A DNA stretch of 64,000 nt. It comes from a virus. The translations under genes were made by a program, and so were the position numbers. How positions within the stretch are numbered: the first letter of the stretch is position 1; the number at the start of each line of letters is the position of its first letter. Below, piece by piece: positions 54,501-61,445 of this stretch. The DNA lies in IMG/VR virus record IMGVR_UViG_3300020442_000006, positions 64,001-128,000 of that record; one strand, 5' to 3'. Under the pieces are notes generated by a model that made no database searches, was not told the DNA's origin, and saw only the letters and a list, made by a program, of their open reading frames with translations.

Positions 54501-55167
54501 CAGTAACAGTAACTGTGTTGGGTCCGTTGAACACAGCACCACCTGTGTTACTCATACCCTTTTTGTATTCAAATATAGGTACTCTCTCTGTTACACAATT
54601 TCTAATACATACCTGATTGGTAGTTCCATATGATGCCTTAGGTACAAACGAATCACAGTCTGCCTGAGGTGGTTTCCAAGCACCACCAACATAAGGTCTG
54701 AAGTGACAGTCAAGATGATTCTGAAGACATCTCTCAAGGTCAGGGTTCTTTCCCTTATCACAATCTACTGTGGTGCGACTCATATTAGTTGTCTCTGGTG
54801 GTGAGTTGCAAATGTCACCAGAGTTCTCATCGTCAGGATCAATCACAGAGATTGAAATGTCACCTGTATCAGGTGCACTCAGTCCTAGTCCTAAGATGGT
54901 ATCTAAAATAGGTTTCCAACTGATATATGTTGGAGGTGGTAGTGGTTCTTCCGTTAGGTCAGGGAAGTTGTTAGGTTGCAACGTACCTTGGTCACCATAA
55001 CATTGACCAAGGAGTTGCTCCACTACTGCTGTTAGTGTGTTAGGGGAGGGAGCACCACCAGGCGCACCAGTTCCTCCACCACCAGACGGGACAGGTTGTT
55101 CCTGTTGTTCTACGTCTGAGGGATCACAATTTCGTTCGAACCAATGATCGTTCGAGAGGTTGGACAT
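51511..55167 (-). CDS. Large multidomain virion-type protein (1218 aa) with DUF4114-like and DxDxND Ca-binding-like motifs
   Basis: KDNDGNDANARF, WEDLWSGDEDYND, Cys-rich segments; CTAAATA at 55194-55188. Confidence 0.65.
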   Translation of the reverse strand: MSNLSNDHWFERNCDPSDVEQQEQPVPSGGGGTGAPGGAPSPNTLTAVVEQLLGQCYGDQGTLQPNNFPDLTEEPLPPPTYISWKPILDTILGLGLSAPDTGDISISVIDPDDENSGDICNSPPETTNMSRTTVDCDKGKNPDLERCLQNHLDCHFRPYVGGAWKPPQADCDSFVPKASYGTTNQVCIRNCVTERVPIFEYKKGMSNTGGAVFNGPNTVTVTGNTSQTISFELQWDDNPRTAGTAVDTVTVSGTTFTRSGEKGKLTQALTLAPGDYTISYTGLSGSGYSVDNDKNYGNNKSIAFKDNDGNDANARFSILGNNNLGRDHRYGKFDIPDAGYEMGGIRWYGNLVPSGTGRSVPVYRTFSASRQDTQLLSDPAGEQADLDAGGYQPRDEVLFFGYREAEDMISELMEGEEPAALHRYYSFEGNDHKYSIEPLGKVMRAPDLKNNIFRFDTPAESRLKITLNTRRGSAQYDNTIGWYVTDENNVPIFGRVLLANATDSSGTFHRSIPKDEINSYMPCNLGFFMIPDGGRGGASDGQDITFVAHNNQYGDGYTTNGQNSHPKQNGYVWFSDRRLNPGKKDMTKWPDAVWQYWEDLWSGDEDYNDTRLSYKVGYGDSEYYYEGIECYVFSEPAQPVFASINTQDDCEKAAFKEGAFGDVMLTRTECGNYSEHPKTGADQWECGKCKGDYANSINRVQKVKIAKTTTMTIRSHGGMTAGYGDCTKFTWQLKLNGNVIYEEKSLVSEWKRIGAVLHTFNVEKGDNLVFKIKAINTGHYNGKTSPAFALRDENEGVYVNTWTVNLITQSHSYGTDSKDQAEGQPQSGPDITEPCGLPISGQLFVWDNHLDDDPDKEDYTTVLTNKVVDQAANVYLDNHERSSQRCRIINGKDVAQDMEDGDTGFVDVVAKNGFSVRLKYLVEDAEQYFVRWYLDSVEDWGSGGFKVNDEFNLHIDNQDEYFNTDQRGFDGITWSGPKWYMLGFKVTAINSDQCPDPAENQGRIQDIELDSYSDLTIPRQPGALVVNNQSTTGNEYAVNMNEIFQSFFLYENGNATSFHQYWMEKTTAGQNVIFRTDYRDKGGLHFRLKIRVVFQDHYDSGDSYKFDKYGWFGMVSISDVFDYGKRYDTDDVINIQWPPADLQYSDGSEAQSPYYPNQTNLPKKVLVRDATTGRYKRNARMALYQKMHDKTSNVWYSNRTPYQPTQIRYFNIVIKDTD

Positions 55168-55411
55168 CTACTAACACTTTGTTTAGGTATTTAGGGGTTT
55201 GTTCTGGAGGGTTCCAATGTCGTATGACTCCGCTGATAATAAAACAATTAGTGACAAGATAACTGAGAAATAGAATGGTCCGTACAACCACAATGTAGTT
55301 GTCATACTGTTCTGTTTTGTCATCAGAGAAACTCCCAAGGGAATACTTCCAGACATCCCACATTTTTTTAGGCATAAAAAAAGGGACCGTAAGGTCCCTA
55401 TAGAATATCAT
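55124..55411 (-). CDS. Small membrane protein (W..WKYSLGS...RT...TN.FIISGV.RHW)
   Basis: ORF track; real start probably near 55361. Confidence 0.65.
   Translation of the reverse strand: MIFYRDLTVPFFMPKKMWDVWKYSLGSFSDDKTEQYDNYIVVVRTILFLSYLVTNCFIISGVIRHWNPPEQTPKYLNKVLVDVQPLERSLVRTKL
55376..55399 (-). terminator. psbA intrinsic terminator
   Basis: AGGGACC-ttac-GGTCCCT plus T-run, 27 nt after the psbA stop. Confidence 0.85.
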
Positions 55412-55426
55412 AATGTAATGAGAAGA

Positions 55427-56515
55427 TCAACCGATGCTAGGTGCAGTAAGTGCAACAGGCACAGACTCAGCAGCAGCAAGATCAAGAGGGAAGTTGTGAG
55501 CGTTACGCTCGTGCATAACTTCCATTCCAAGACCTGCTCTGTTCAAGATGTCTGCCCAAGTAGGAATCACAGAACCGTTTGCGTCAAGCACAGACTGGTT
55601 GAAGTTGAAACCATTTAGGTTGAATGCCATTGTACTTACACCCATTGCAGTAAACCAGATGCAGACCACAGGGAATGCAGCAAGGAAGAAGTGCAGTGAA
55701 CGTGAGTTGTTGAATGAAGCATATTGGAAGATCAAACGACCAAAGTAACCGTGAGCGGCAACGATGTTGTAAGTCTCTTCTTCTTGACCGAACTTGTAAC
55801 CGTAGTTCTGTGACTCTTGCTCAGTTGTTTCTCTGATAAGAGAAGATGTAACAAGAGAACCGTGCATAGCACTGAAAAGTGAACCACCGAATACACCTGC
55901 AACTCCAAGCATATGGAATGGGTGCATCAGAATGTTGTGCTCTGCTTGGAACACGAACATATAGTTAAAAGTACCTGAGATACCAAGAGGCATAGCATCA
56001 GAGAAAGAACCTTGACCGAAAGGATAGACCAAGAACACAGCGAATGCTGCTGAAACTGGTGCAGAGTATGCAACACAGATCCAAGGTCTCATACCCAAGC
56101 GGTATGAAAGTTCCCACTGACGACCACAGTATGCTGTGATTCCGATAAGGAAGTGGAATACAACGAGTTGGAAAGGACCACCGTTATACAACCACTCGTC
56201 TAGTGATGCTGCTTCCCAGATAGGGTAGAAGTGTAGACCAATAGCGTTTGAACTAGGTACAACAGCACCAGAGATGATGTTGTTACCGTAAAGCAATGAA
56301 CCTGCAACAGGTTCTCTGATTCCATCGATGTCCACAGGAGGAGCAGCGATGAATGCGATGATGAAGCAAGTAGCAGCAGTAAGCAGGCAGGGGATCATCA
56401 AGACACCGAACCAACCGACATAAAGACGGTTGTCTGTGCTTGTCACCCACTGACAAAACTCGTCCCAACCTGAGAGGAGTCCGCCACGCTGACGTGTAAG
56501 TGTTGAACTAGACAT
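55427..56515 (-). CDS. psbA: Photosystem II D1 protein, intronless
   Basis: [42 protein letters not shown]. Confidence 0.99.
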   Translation of the reverse strand: MSSSTLTRQRGGLLSGWDEFCQWVTSTDNRLYVGWFGVLMIPCLLTAATCFIIAFIAAPPVDIDGIREPVAGSLLYGNNIISGAVVPSSNAIGLHFYPIWEAASLDEWLYNGGPFQLVVFHFLIGITAYCGRQWELSYRLGMRPWICVAYSAPVSAAFAVFLVYPFGQGSFSDAMPLGISGTFNYMFVFQAEHNILMHPFHMLGVAGVFGGSLFSAMHGSLVTSSLIRETTEQESQNYGYKFGQEEETYNIVAAHGYFGRLIFQYASFNNSRSLHFFLAAFPVVCIWFTAMGVSTMAFNLNGFNFNQSVLDANGSVIPTWADILNRAGLGMEVMHERNAHNFPLDLAAAESVPVALTAPSIG

Positions 56516-56534
56516 TGAAAAAAGGGTTAAGTAT

Positions 56535-56634
56535 GAGTGCGGGGAACACTGAATTAAATATTCCTGCCTTACCCTCCAAGGCAGGTATGAGAGACTGTTA
56601 TTTAATGTCGCTGTTTAGTCTCGGTGAGGCGACG
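56535..56634 (-). ncRNA. Structured psbA 5' leader (PhotoRC-II-like motif)
   Basis: Interleaved pairings GTCGC/GCGAC and GAGACT/AGTCTC plus 8-bp hairpin CCTGCCTT/AAGGCAGG; family name recalled, not searched. Confidence 0.6.
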
Positions 56635-56675
56635 AAGTATGAAGTGTTTACGTTTCGTAACATTCAACAGTATAT

Positions 56676-56705
56676 ATAATACTCTGAATGCTCAGGATTT
56701 GTCAA
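56676..56705 (-). promoter_or_regulatory. sigma70-type psbA promoter TTGACA-N18-TATTAT
   Basis: TTGACA 56705-56700; TATTAT 56681-56676. Confidence 0.7.
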
Positions 56706-56874
56706 CCCTGTGTGCCACTTCGTTTTGTGTCTCCTTGATCTTTTCGACCTTGATGTGGCGAAGTGTCGCAAACGCATAGTTGATCTCTTCCTGAGTGTAG
56801 TTCTCAGGATGTTTCATTGCCTTAGTAATCAATAATTTCGCTGCTTTTTTTCTTGTTAGTGATTTCTGTGTCAT
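56692..56874 (-). CDS. Hypothetical protein (60 aa)
   Basis: Track ORF 56692..56943; probable ATG at 56874. Confidence 0.6.
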   Translation of the reverse strand: MTQKSLTRKKAAKLLITKAMKHPENYTQEEINYAFATLRHIKVEKIKETQNEVAHRVDKS

Positions 56875-57094
56875 AGTAGTATTCCAAATAGAGTGCGGAT
56901 AATTCGTGCGTAAATAAACTTTCGTCAGTCTTTTCGATCTCAATAAGTCTCTTGTAAAGTCCGCTGCTCATCACCCAGTCACAAAAATCATAGTGACGGT
57001 TGGTTAATTCTCCATTCAGTTTTACACATCTCTGCAATAGGGTTGCTCGATACTCCATCATATCATCAGAGTATCTCCAATCATTAATTGTCAT
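56822..57094 (-). CDS. Hypothetical protein (INDWRYSD motif)
   Basis: ORF track. Confidence 0.65.
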   Translation of the reverse strand: MTINDWRYSDDMMEYRATLLQRCVKLNGELTNRHYDFCDWVMSSGLYKRLIEIEKTDESLFTHELSALYLEYYYDTEITNKKKSSEIIDY

Positions 57095-57251
57095 CGGGAA
57101 TCATCCTTACATTACAATAGTATGGTACATAAGGTTTTGCCATCTCGCAAACCTTTGTATAGAAATTACACTTTAATTCCGACAAACCCGAGTATTTCCT
57201 CAAGGTAACCCAGTCGTTTTTGATTTGAACTTGTAGATTGAACTTTTTCAT
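57084..57251 (-). CDS. Hypothetical protein (55 aa)
   Basis: C-terminal part of track ORF 57084..57434; ATG at 57251. Confidence 0.5.
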   Translation of the reverse strand: MKKFNLQVQIKNDWVTLRKYSGLSELKCNFYTKVCEMAKPYVPYYCNVRMIPDDN

Positions 57252-57717
57252 CGGAGACTTTTGAGAGTCTGTCCAGGTAATTATATGTATATGTCTTCCT
57301 TGGTCCTTCGATTCCCCATCCCAACCATCTGTATGCTGCATTGTGGTACTCACCGTAGGTACGACCTGGGATCTTCCAAGTGAGTAGTGCCTGTTGGAAC
57401 TGGTACTCGTTAGACATATAACGTAACTGTCCATAGAAAGAAGATGGATTCAATCCATACTTGGCACAGAACCTACCGAGTCCTTCATAGCGTGACTCAG
57501 TTGTCCATTGAATCAAACCATACCCACCCACGTGGCAGTCTTGATACTCTACACGAGCACCACCTTCACAAATGTTAGGGGTGAAGTTCGATTCCTGTTT
57601 GATGTTTGCCATAACAACAGAAAGCGCCAGAGGATCTGTGATCCCTTGACGCTGCTGTAGATACTGTAGTGCCCTTGTCTCGTTGAAGGTACACGTTGCA
57701 CAGATCCATTCAATCAT
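57166..57717 (-). CDS. Lysozyme-fold (phage tail lysozyme 2-like) cell-wall hydrolase
   Basis: ANIKQES (catalytic Glu), GYGLIQWT...R, QL.YM. Confidence 0.75.
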   Translation of the reverse strand: MIEWICATCTFNETRALQYLQQRQGITDPLALSVVMANIKQESNFTPNICEGGARVEYQDCHVGGYGLIQWTTESRYEGLGRFCAKYGLNPSSFYGQLRYMSNEYQFQQALLTWKIPGRTYGEYHNAAYRWLGWGIEGPRKTYTYNYLDRLSKVSDEKVQSTSSNQKRLGYLEEILGFVGIKV

Positions 57718-57862
57718 TTCGTTTCTTGATGACGATAACGTTTTTAGAGTCTACCACGGCAAGACCGAACTCAAGTTCGTCGTCGGGGTCCCAACACAAT
57801 TCTTGATAAAGTGTGTTGAGTTTTTCCATATCCTCCCACAACTGGTCTGGGTTCGGTGCCAT
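57710..57862 (-). CDS. Small acidic hypothetical protein (50 aa)
   Basis: Manual translation MAPNPDQLWEDMEKLNTLYQELCWDPDDELEFGLAVVDSKNVIVIKKRND. Confidence 0.65.
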   Translation of the reverse strand: MAPNPDQLWEDMEKLNTLYQELCWDPDDELEFGLAVVDSKNVIVIKKRND

Positions 57863-57894
57863 AGTTAAGTTATTTACTGAACGTATTTATTCTA

Positions 57895-58080
57895 TCAGAA
57901 TAATCCGAAGAACATATGTCCAGTTAGCAAATCAGAACACGCTGCTGCAAGTAAACCAAGCATTGCGAGTCTGCCATTCCAAGTCTCTGCCCAAACCTTC
58001 TGAGGTTCGATAGCGATTGCTTTCGCCTGTGCCTGTGGTTGTTGTTGGGGCACAGAGAATTGTGTGCGTGATGTTCTCAT
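57895..58080 (-). CDS. hli: High-light-inducible protein
   Basis: AETWNGRLAMLG chlorophyll-binding motif; probable ATG at 58080. Confidence 0.9.
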   Translation of the reverse strand: MRTSRTQFSVPQQQPQAQAKAIAIEPQKVWAETWNGRLAMLGLLAAACSDLLTGHMFFGLF

Positions 58081-58081
58081 C

Positions 58082-58189
58082 TTAGAATATGCCAGGAATG
58101 ATTTGTCCTGTTGTAACGTAAGCACCAACTGCTGCTACGAAACCGAGCATTGCTGCCCAACCATTAAAACGTTCTGCTTCTGGGGTCAT
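58082..58189 (-). CDS. hli: High-light-inducible protein (35 aa)
   Basis: Manual translation MTPEAERFNGWAAMLGFVAAVGAYVTTGQIIPGIF; AGGAG SD. Confidence 0.95.
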   Translation of the reverse strand: MTPEAERFNGWAAMLGFVAAVGAYVTTGQIIPGIF

Positions 58190-58238
58190 TGTTAGTCTCC
58201 TGTAAAATTGAATTGATAGCATTGAGGGTACCATAGGT

Positions 58239-58436
58239 CTAACCTAGGATACCGAAGAAAAAGAAGTTGCCTGTAGCAACATAAGAAATGAATCCTGTAG
58301 CAAGACCGAGCATTGCCAGTCTTCCATTGAGGAGTTCTGCACGTTCGTTGTGTGTCACGGATACATCCATTACTCTCATCTGTGGTTCTTTTGCGAAGAT
58401 GTTTTGTCTTCCGCCTTGTTCAGTGATTGTGGTCAT
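58239..58436 (-). CDS. hli: High-light-inducible protein
   Basis: NIFAKEP; AELLNGRLAMLG. Confidence 0.95.
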   Translation of the reverse strand: MTTITEQGGRQNIFAKEPQMRVMDVSVTHNERAELLNGRLAMLGLATGFISYVATGNFFFFGILG

Positions 58437-58461
58437 TAGTCAAGTATTAAGAACTGTTACA

Positions 58462-58490
58462 ATTATATAGGGATTGTAAACTTTTGTCAA
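58462..58490 (-). promoter_or_regulatory. Consensus sigma70 promoter of the hli cluster, TTGACA-N17-TATAAT
   Basis: Exact consensus: 58490-58485 and 58467-58462. Confidence 0.9.
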
Positions 58491-58512
58491 CCCCCAAGTC
58501 AGTTTTTCTTGA

Positions 58513-58752
58513 CTACTGTGACGAAACTGTATCACGTTCGTAACAGGGAACACCTGCAGGGTCCAACCACTTGGTGTACTCGAAGTCCTCGATGGCGGTC
58601 ATCATCTGATCCATATTGTCACAGTAGTACATCGTCTGATACCGCTCAGTGTATTCATTGTACTTGAGGATCCTGCAATCTGGTTTGCCATTGATCTCAA
58701 GCAACCCACAAGTCACGTACTTGTAGGGATAGCGTTCGTGGATTAGGTCCAT
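58513..58752 (-). CDS. Hypothetical protein (79 aa)
   Basis: ORF track; early-type promoter upstream. Confidence 0.75.
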   Translation of the reverse strand: MDLIHERYPYKYVTCGLLEINGKPDCRILKYNEYTERYQTMYYCDNMDQMMTAIEDFEYTKWLDPAGVPCYERDTVSSQ

Positions 58753-58773
58753 TGAATTTGTTTGACTGTTATT

Positions 58774-58830
58774 ACTATACTAATAAAAAGACCCTCTTGT
58801 CGAGGGTCAGTGTGCCACTTTAATAAGTGA
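58774..58830 (-). promoter_or_regulatory. Early-type promoter/terminator composite: TATAGT, T-run, GACCCTC/GAGGGTC hairpin and GTGCCAC motif
   Basis: Same architecture as 234-291 and 3333-3392. Confidence 0.65.
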
Positions 58831-59020
58831 ATCCGATGTCTAGAGCAAGATTGTCTACGAAGAGTTCATAATCTTCGTCTGGATCTCCAAAGAACTGGAC
58901 ACCAACAGACTCATAATATTTGAACAGTCGCTTGAACAAGGAGGGGTTTTCTTGATCCAATGCGATGTCTCCGTTTACAACATCCCTCAAGTATGAGAGA
59001 TCTCTATTGCTGATAGGCAT
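58820..59020 (-). CDS. Hypothetical protein (66 aa)
   Basis: ORF track; GAGG upstream. Confidence 0.7.
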   Translation of the reverse strand: MPISNRDLSYLRDVVNGDIALDQENPSLFKRLFKYYESVGVQFFGDPDEDYELFVDNLALDIGFTY

Positions 59021-59062
59021 AATGCTACCTCTTTTGACTAGACTATAATCCCCAAAGGGGAA

Positions 59063-59135
59063 CGGGTCAGGCAGGATTCGAACCTGCGACCGACTGCTTA
59101 GAAGGCAGTTGCACTATCCACTGTGCTACTGACCC
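59063..59135 (-). tRNA. trnR: tRNA-Arg(UCU); CCA not encoded
   Basis: GGGTCAG/CTGACCC acceptor, ACTGC-CTTCTAA-GCAGT anticodon arm, GCAGG-TTCGAAT-CCTGC T-arm. Confidence 0.95.
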
Positions 59136-59142
59136 ATCTATG

Positions 59143-59298
59143 CTAGGAGTCTAGTTGAGCGATACGCTCTGCGATAATCTCTGCTTTGTGTAGTTCGTTT
59201 CTCTCCAGATACTCGTGCATCTTATCGATGAGAACCTCTAGTGTAGAGTTGAGAAATGCATTGTCAGAATCGTAATCATCCGTTTGATAGGAGGACAT
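59143..59298 (-). CDS. Hypothetical protein (51 aa)
   Basis: Track ORF 59143..59325; probable ATG at 59298 downstream of the promoter. Confidence 0.65.
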   Translation of the reverse strand: MSSYQTDDYDSDNAFLNSTLEVLIDKMHEYLERNELHKAEIIAERIAQLDS

Positions 59299-59325
59299 TG
59301 TTCTTGCCTTTGAACTACAGAGCAT

Positions 59326-59354
59326 ACTATATATCAGGTTTTACTCTCTGTCAA
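59326..59354 (-). promoter_or_regulatory. sigma70 promoter TTGACA-N17-TATAGT upstream of the small ORF and tRNA-Arg
   Basis: 59354-59349 and 59331-59326. Confidence 0.8.
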
Positions 59355-59780
59355 GGGGTCTGGGAAGTAGTCCTTTCTGTAGTAGCGTCCGAGTATGTTG
59401 GAGTTGTAGAAATGGGGGGTTCCATCGGTTCGGGACTCGGTAAGGACTCCATTGACGAATAGTTGTCGAGTCTCTTCGTAGTTTGTTTTGCCTGTAGTGA
59501 GATGGAGTGATAAAATTTCTCGTCTGAATCTAGACTTACCGAGTCGCTTAATATCATCAGTAAGTTCAGGGCACGATCCGTAGTATTTTTTCCAGTCGCT
59601 TTCAGATGTAACTCTCCTAGACTTACCTCTAGGTTTTCGTTTTTGCCAAAAGTATTTTCTTCCGATGTACTCTCTCCCCGATTCGAGATTTGTAATCCGA
59701 TAGACAAAACCGAAATAAGAGTTAATGTCCTCAGATAGAAAAGGGGATCCGTTATAAATCCAGGGGTTTTCATAGTCAAT
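59334..59780 (-). CDS. GIY-YIG endonuclease; start uncertain (ATT at 59780 or GTG at 59840)
   Basis: GFVY.ITN...YIGRK, W..YYGS, E and FYN motifs. Confidence 0.85.
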   Translation of the reverse strand: MDYENPWIYNGSPFLSEDINSYFGFVYRITNLESGREYIGRKYFWQKRKPRGKSRRVTSESDWKKYYGSCPELTDDIKRLGKSRFRREILSLHLTTGKTNYEETRQLFVNGVLTESRTDGTPHFYNSNILGRYYRKDYFPDPLTESKT

Positions 59781-59943
59781 CGCAGATTCCTTCTTCGTCG
59801 TTGATGTCACGGTAGGTAGTAGTCCTGTCAGTGTCACCATTAGTTATACGATACGCTGCAGCGTCTGCGTAAACTTCTGATTTTAGTTCTGCTAATGCTT
59901 TTTCTATGTCAGCAATGAGAACCTTTAGGTTTCTTTTTTTCAT
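59776..59943 (-). CDS. Hypothetical protein (L..LKSEVY.D motif)
   Basis: Track ORF 59776..59973; probable ATG at 59943. Confidence 0.65.
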   Translation of the reverse strand: MKKRNLKVLIADIEKALAELKSEVYADAAAYRITNGDTDRTTTYRDINDEEGICD

Positions 59944-60006
59944 AGTGTTTGTGAGGATAGACCCCAGTAGCAAAAGTAAGCGATGAGTGAGAATAAGACA
60001 AGTGCC

Positions 60007-60189
60007 TTAAGATAGATCATCAGGTACAACTTCTTCGGGTGCACCTATCATATCAAACTTTTTGACTCCGTGGTCAAATTTGAGGATACGCTCAATATGT
60101 CCTTTAACTTCCCAAGGAAATTTGGTCTCCGCTTCCACGAAGACCTCACCAACCTCAGGAATGTTTACCTTCTGTCTCCAAAGTTTCAT
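60007..60189 (-). CDS. Hypothetical protein (60 aa)
   Basis: ORF track; ATGA coupling to talC. Confidence 0.6.
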   Translation of the reverse strand: MKLWRQKVNIPEVGEVFVEAETKFPWEVKGHIERILKFDHGVKKFDMIGAPEEVVPDDLS

Positions 60190-60854
60190 TCGTCTATGTG
60201 CAGTTCCTCTTGAAGTTTTGCCCAGTCGTTTTCAAACCTCTCAAGACCATTGTCTGTGAGGATATGTTTGTACATTTTATTGAAGACTTCGTATGGCATA
60301 GTCACAATGTCTGCCCCTGCATCAAAGCAACGTGCGACGTGGTGCACTTCGCGTACAGATGCAGCAAGGATCTCTGTCTCTACATCGTGCATACGATATA
60401 CTCTAGAGATTGCTTGGACTAATGAAATACCTGAGAAAGAATTGTCGTTCAGTCTGCCAACAAAAGGAGACATCATAGATGCTCCTGCCTTTGCAGCGAG
60501 GATTGCTTGTGCGACTGAAAAGATTAACGTTACGTTTGTACTGATACCATCTGCTGATAGATCACTACAAGCAATCAAACCTTCACGTGTACAGGGTAGT
60601 TTGATTGTGACGTTGGGTGCGATACTATAGTATTCGTTTGCTGCTTCAAGCATTTCTTCAGCAGTATCACCCATAACCTCTGCTGAAATTGAAGCATCCC
60701 AAGAGAACAGATCACTGATTTCCTGTATAACATCTCTTGGATTTCTACCTGCCTTCAACATAAGAGAAGGGTTAGTAGTAACACCATCGATTAGAGAAGT
60801 CTCCATCGCGTGTTGGATAAGTTCGGGGTCCGAACAATCGAGAAAGATTTTCAT
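60186..60854 (-). CDS. talC: Transaldolase TalC
   Basis: IFLD, GVTTNPSL, VTIKLP (Schiff-base Lys), TNVTLIFS, SPFVGR, ILAASVR. Confidence 0.95.
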   Translation of the reverse strand: MKIFLDCSDPELIQHAMETSLIDGVTTNPSLMLKAGRNPRDVIQEISDLFSWDASISAEVMGDTAEEMLEAANEYYSIAPNVTIKLPCTREGLIACSDLSADGISTNVTLIFSVAQAILAAKAGASMMSPFVGRLNDNSFSGISLVQAISRVYRMHDVETEILAASVREVHHVARCFDAGADIVTMPYEVFNKMYKHILTDNGLERFENDWAKLQEELHIDE

Positions 60855-60895
60855 TCGGCAATACCTCTATCATCTTGTATTATATATCTTAGCAT

Positions 60896-60921
60896 AAAAA
60901 AAACACCCTGTGAAGGGTGTT
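60896..60921 (-). terminator. Intrinsic terminator after the YRG peptide gene
   Basis: AACACCCT-tcac-AGGGTGTT plus T-run. Confidence 0.85.
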
Positions 60922-60945
60922 CGTTTCACGAAGTTATATCTAAGA

Positions 60946-61089
60946 TTAACTCTTAGATGCGAACTTACGCTCAACCTTGATGCCTCTGTACATCATTTCG
61001 TGGTTACGATTTGATTGTGCTTCGGCGAGTACCTTTGCTTTGTACTCTTTAGCGTTGTACTTAACGCCTCTGTAAGTAATTAGTTCCAT
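60946..61089 (-). CDS. DUF4278-like basic peptide with two YRG motifs (47 aa)
   Basis: Manual translation MELITYRGVKYNAKEYKAKVLAEAQSNRNHEMMYRGIKVERKFASKS; AGGAG SD at 61101-61097. Confidence 0.85.
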   Translation of the reverse strand: MELITYRGVKYNAKEYKAKVLAEAQSNRNHEMMYRGIKVERKFASKS

Positions 61090-61123
61090 TGAAATACTCC
61101 TAAAGTAGTTGGATGTTTTAAGT

Positions 61124-61327
61124 CCGTTCCTTTAGTCGTTTGCGTCCCACGGACATTCAGGAGTTGCCTCTTGAATGACTTGAACCAACTCGATCTTCTC
61201 CCCAGGGGAGAGTTGTTCGTGCCCCTGTACGTTTTGGATAAACCTCAACGCATCGTGACACTGAATATCGGTGTACATTAACAGCAACAAGTGCATTAAC
61301 ATAGTTGTTCAAGCATAGGGATGAACG
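61124..61327 (-). ncRNA. Glutamine-II (Downstream-peptide) riboswitch-like aptamer 2 with about 170-nt insertion (Yfr6-like arrangement)
   Basis: 5' CGTTCATCCC (61327-61318) and 3' GGGACGCAAACGACTAAAGGAACGG (61148-61124). Confidence 0.7.
61132..61302 (-). CDS. 56-aa peptide nested in aptamer 2
   Basis: Manual translation MLMHLLLLMYTDIQCHDALRFIQNVQGHEQLSPGEKIELVQVIQEATPECPWDAND. Confidence 0.7.
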   Translation of the reverse strand: MLMHLLLLMYTDIQCHDALRFIQNVQGHEQLSPGEKIELVQVIQEATPECPWDAND

Positions 61328-61329
61328 CT

Positions 61330-61370
61330 CCGTTCCGCGACTTACTTGCGTCCTCCAAGGAGGATGAACG
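61330..61370 (-). ncRNA. Compact glutamine-II riboswitch-like aptamer 1
   Basis: CGTTC-A-TCCTCC-TT-GGAGGA-CGCAAGTAAGTCGCG-GAACG-G; late-promoter core CTAAATA at 61403-61397. Confidence 0.65.
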
Positions 61371-61445
61371 TATGGATATGATAACATACCCTGTATTATT
61401 TAGCAACATCTTTCTTTTTGTAACGTTTTCTATTCCTACGGATAC

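Noticed and set aside
59334-59840. GIY-YIG gene as an active mobile homing element
   Set aside because: It does not interrupt any gene, has no intron around it, and lacks an extended DNA-binding tail
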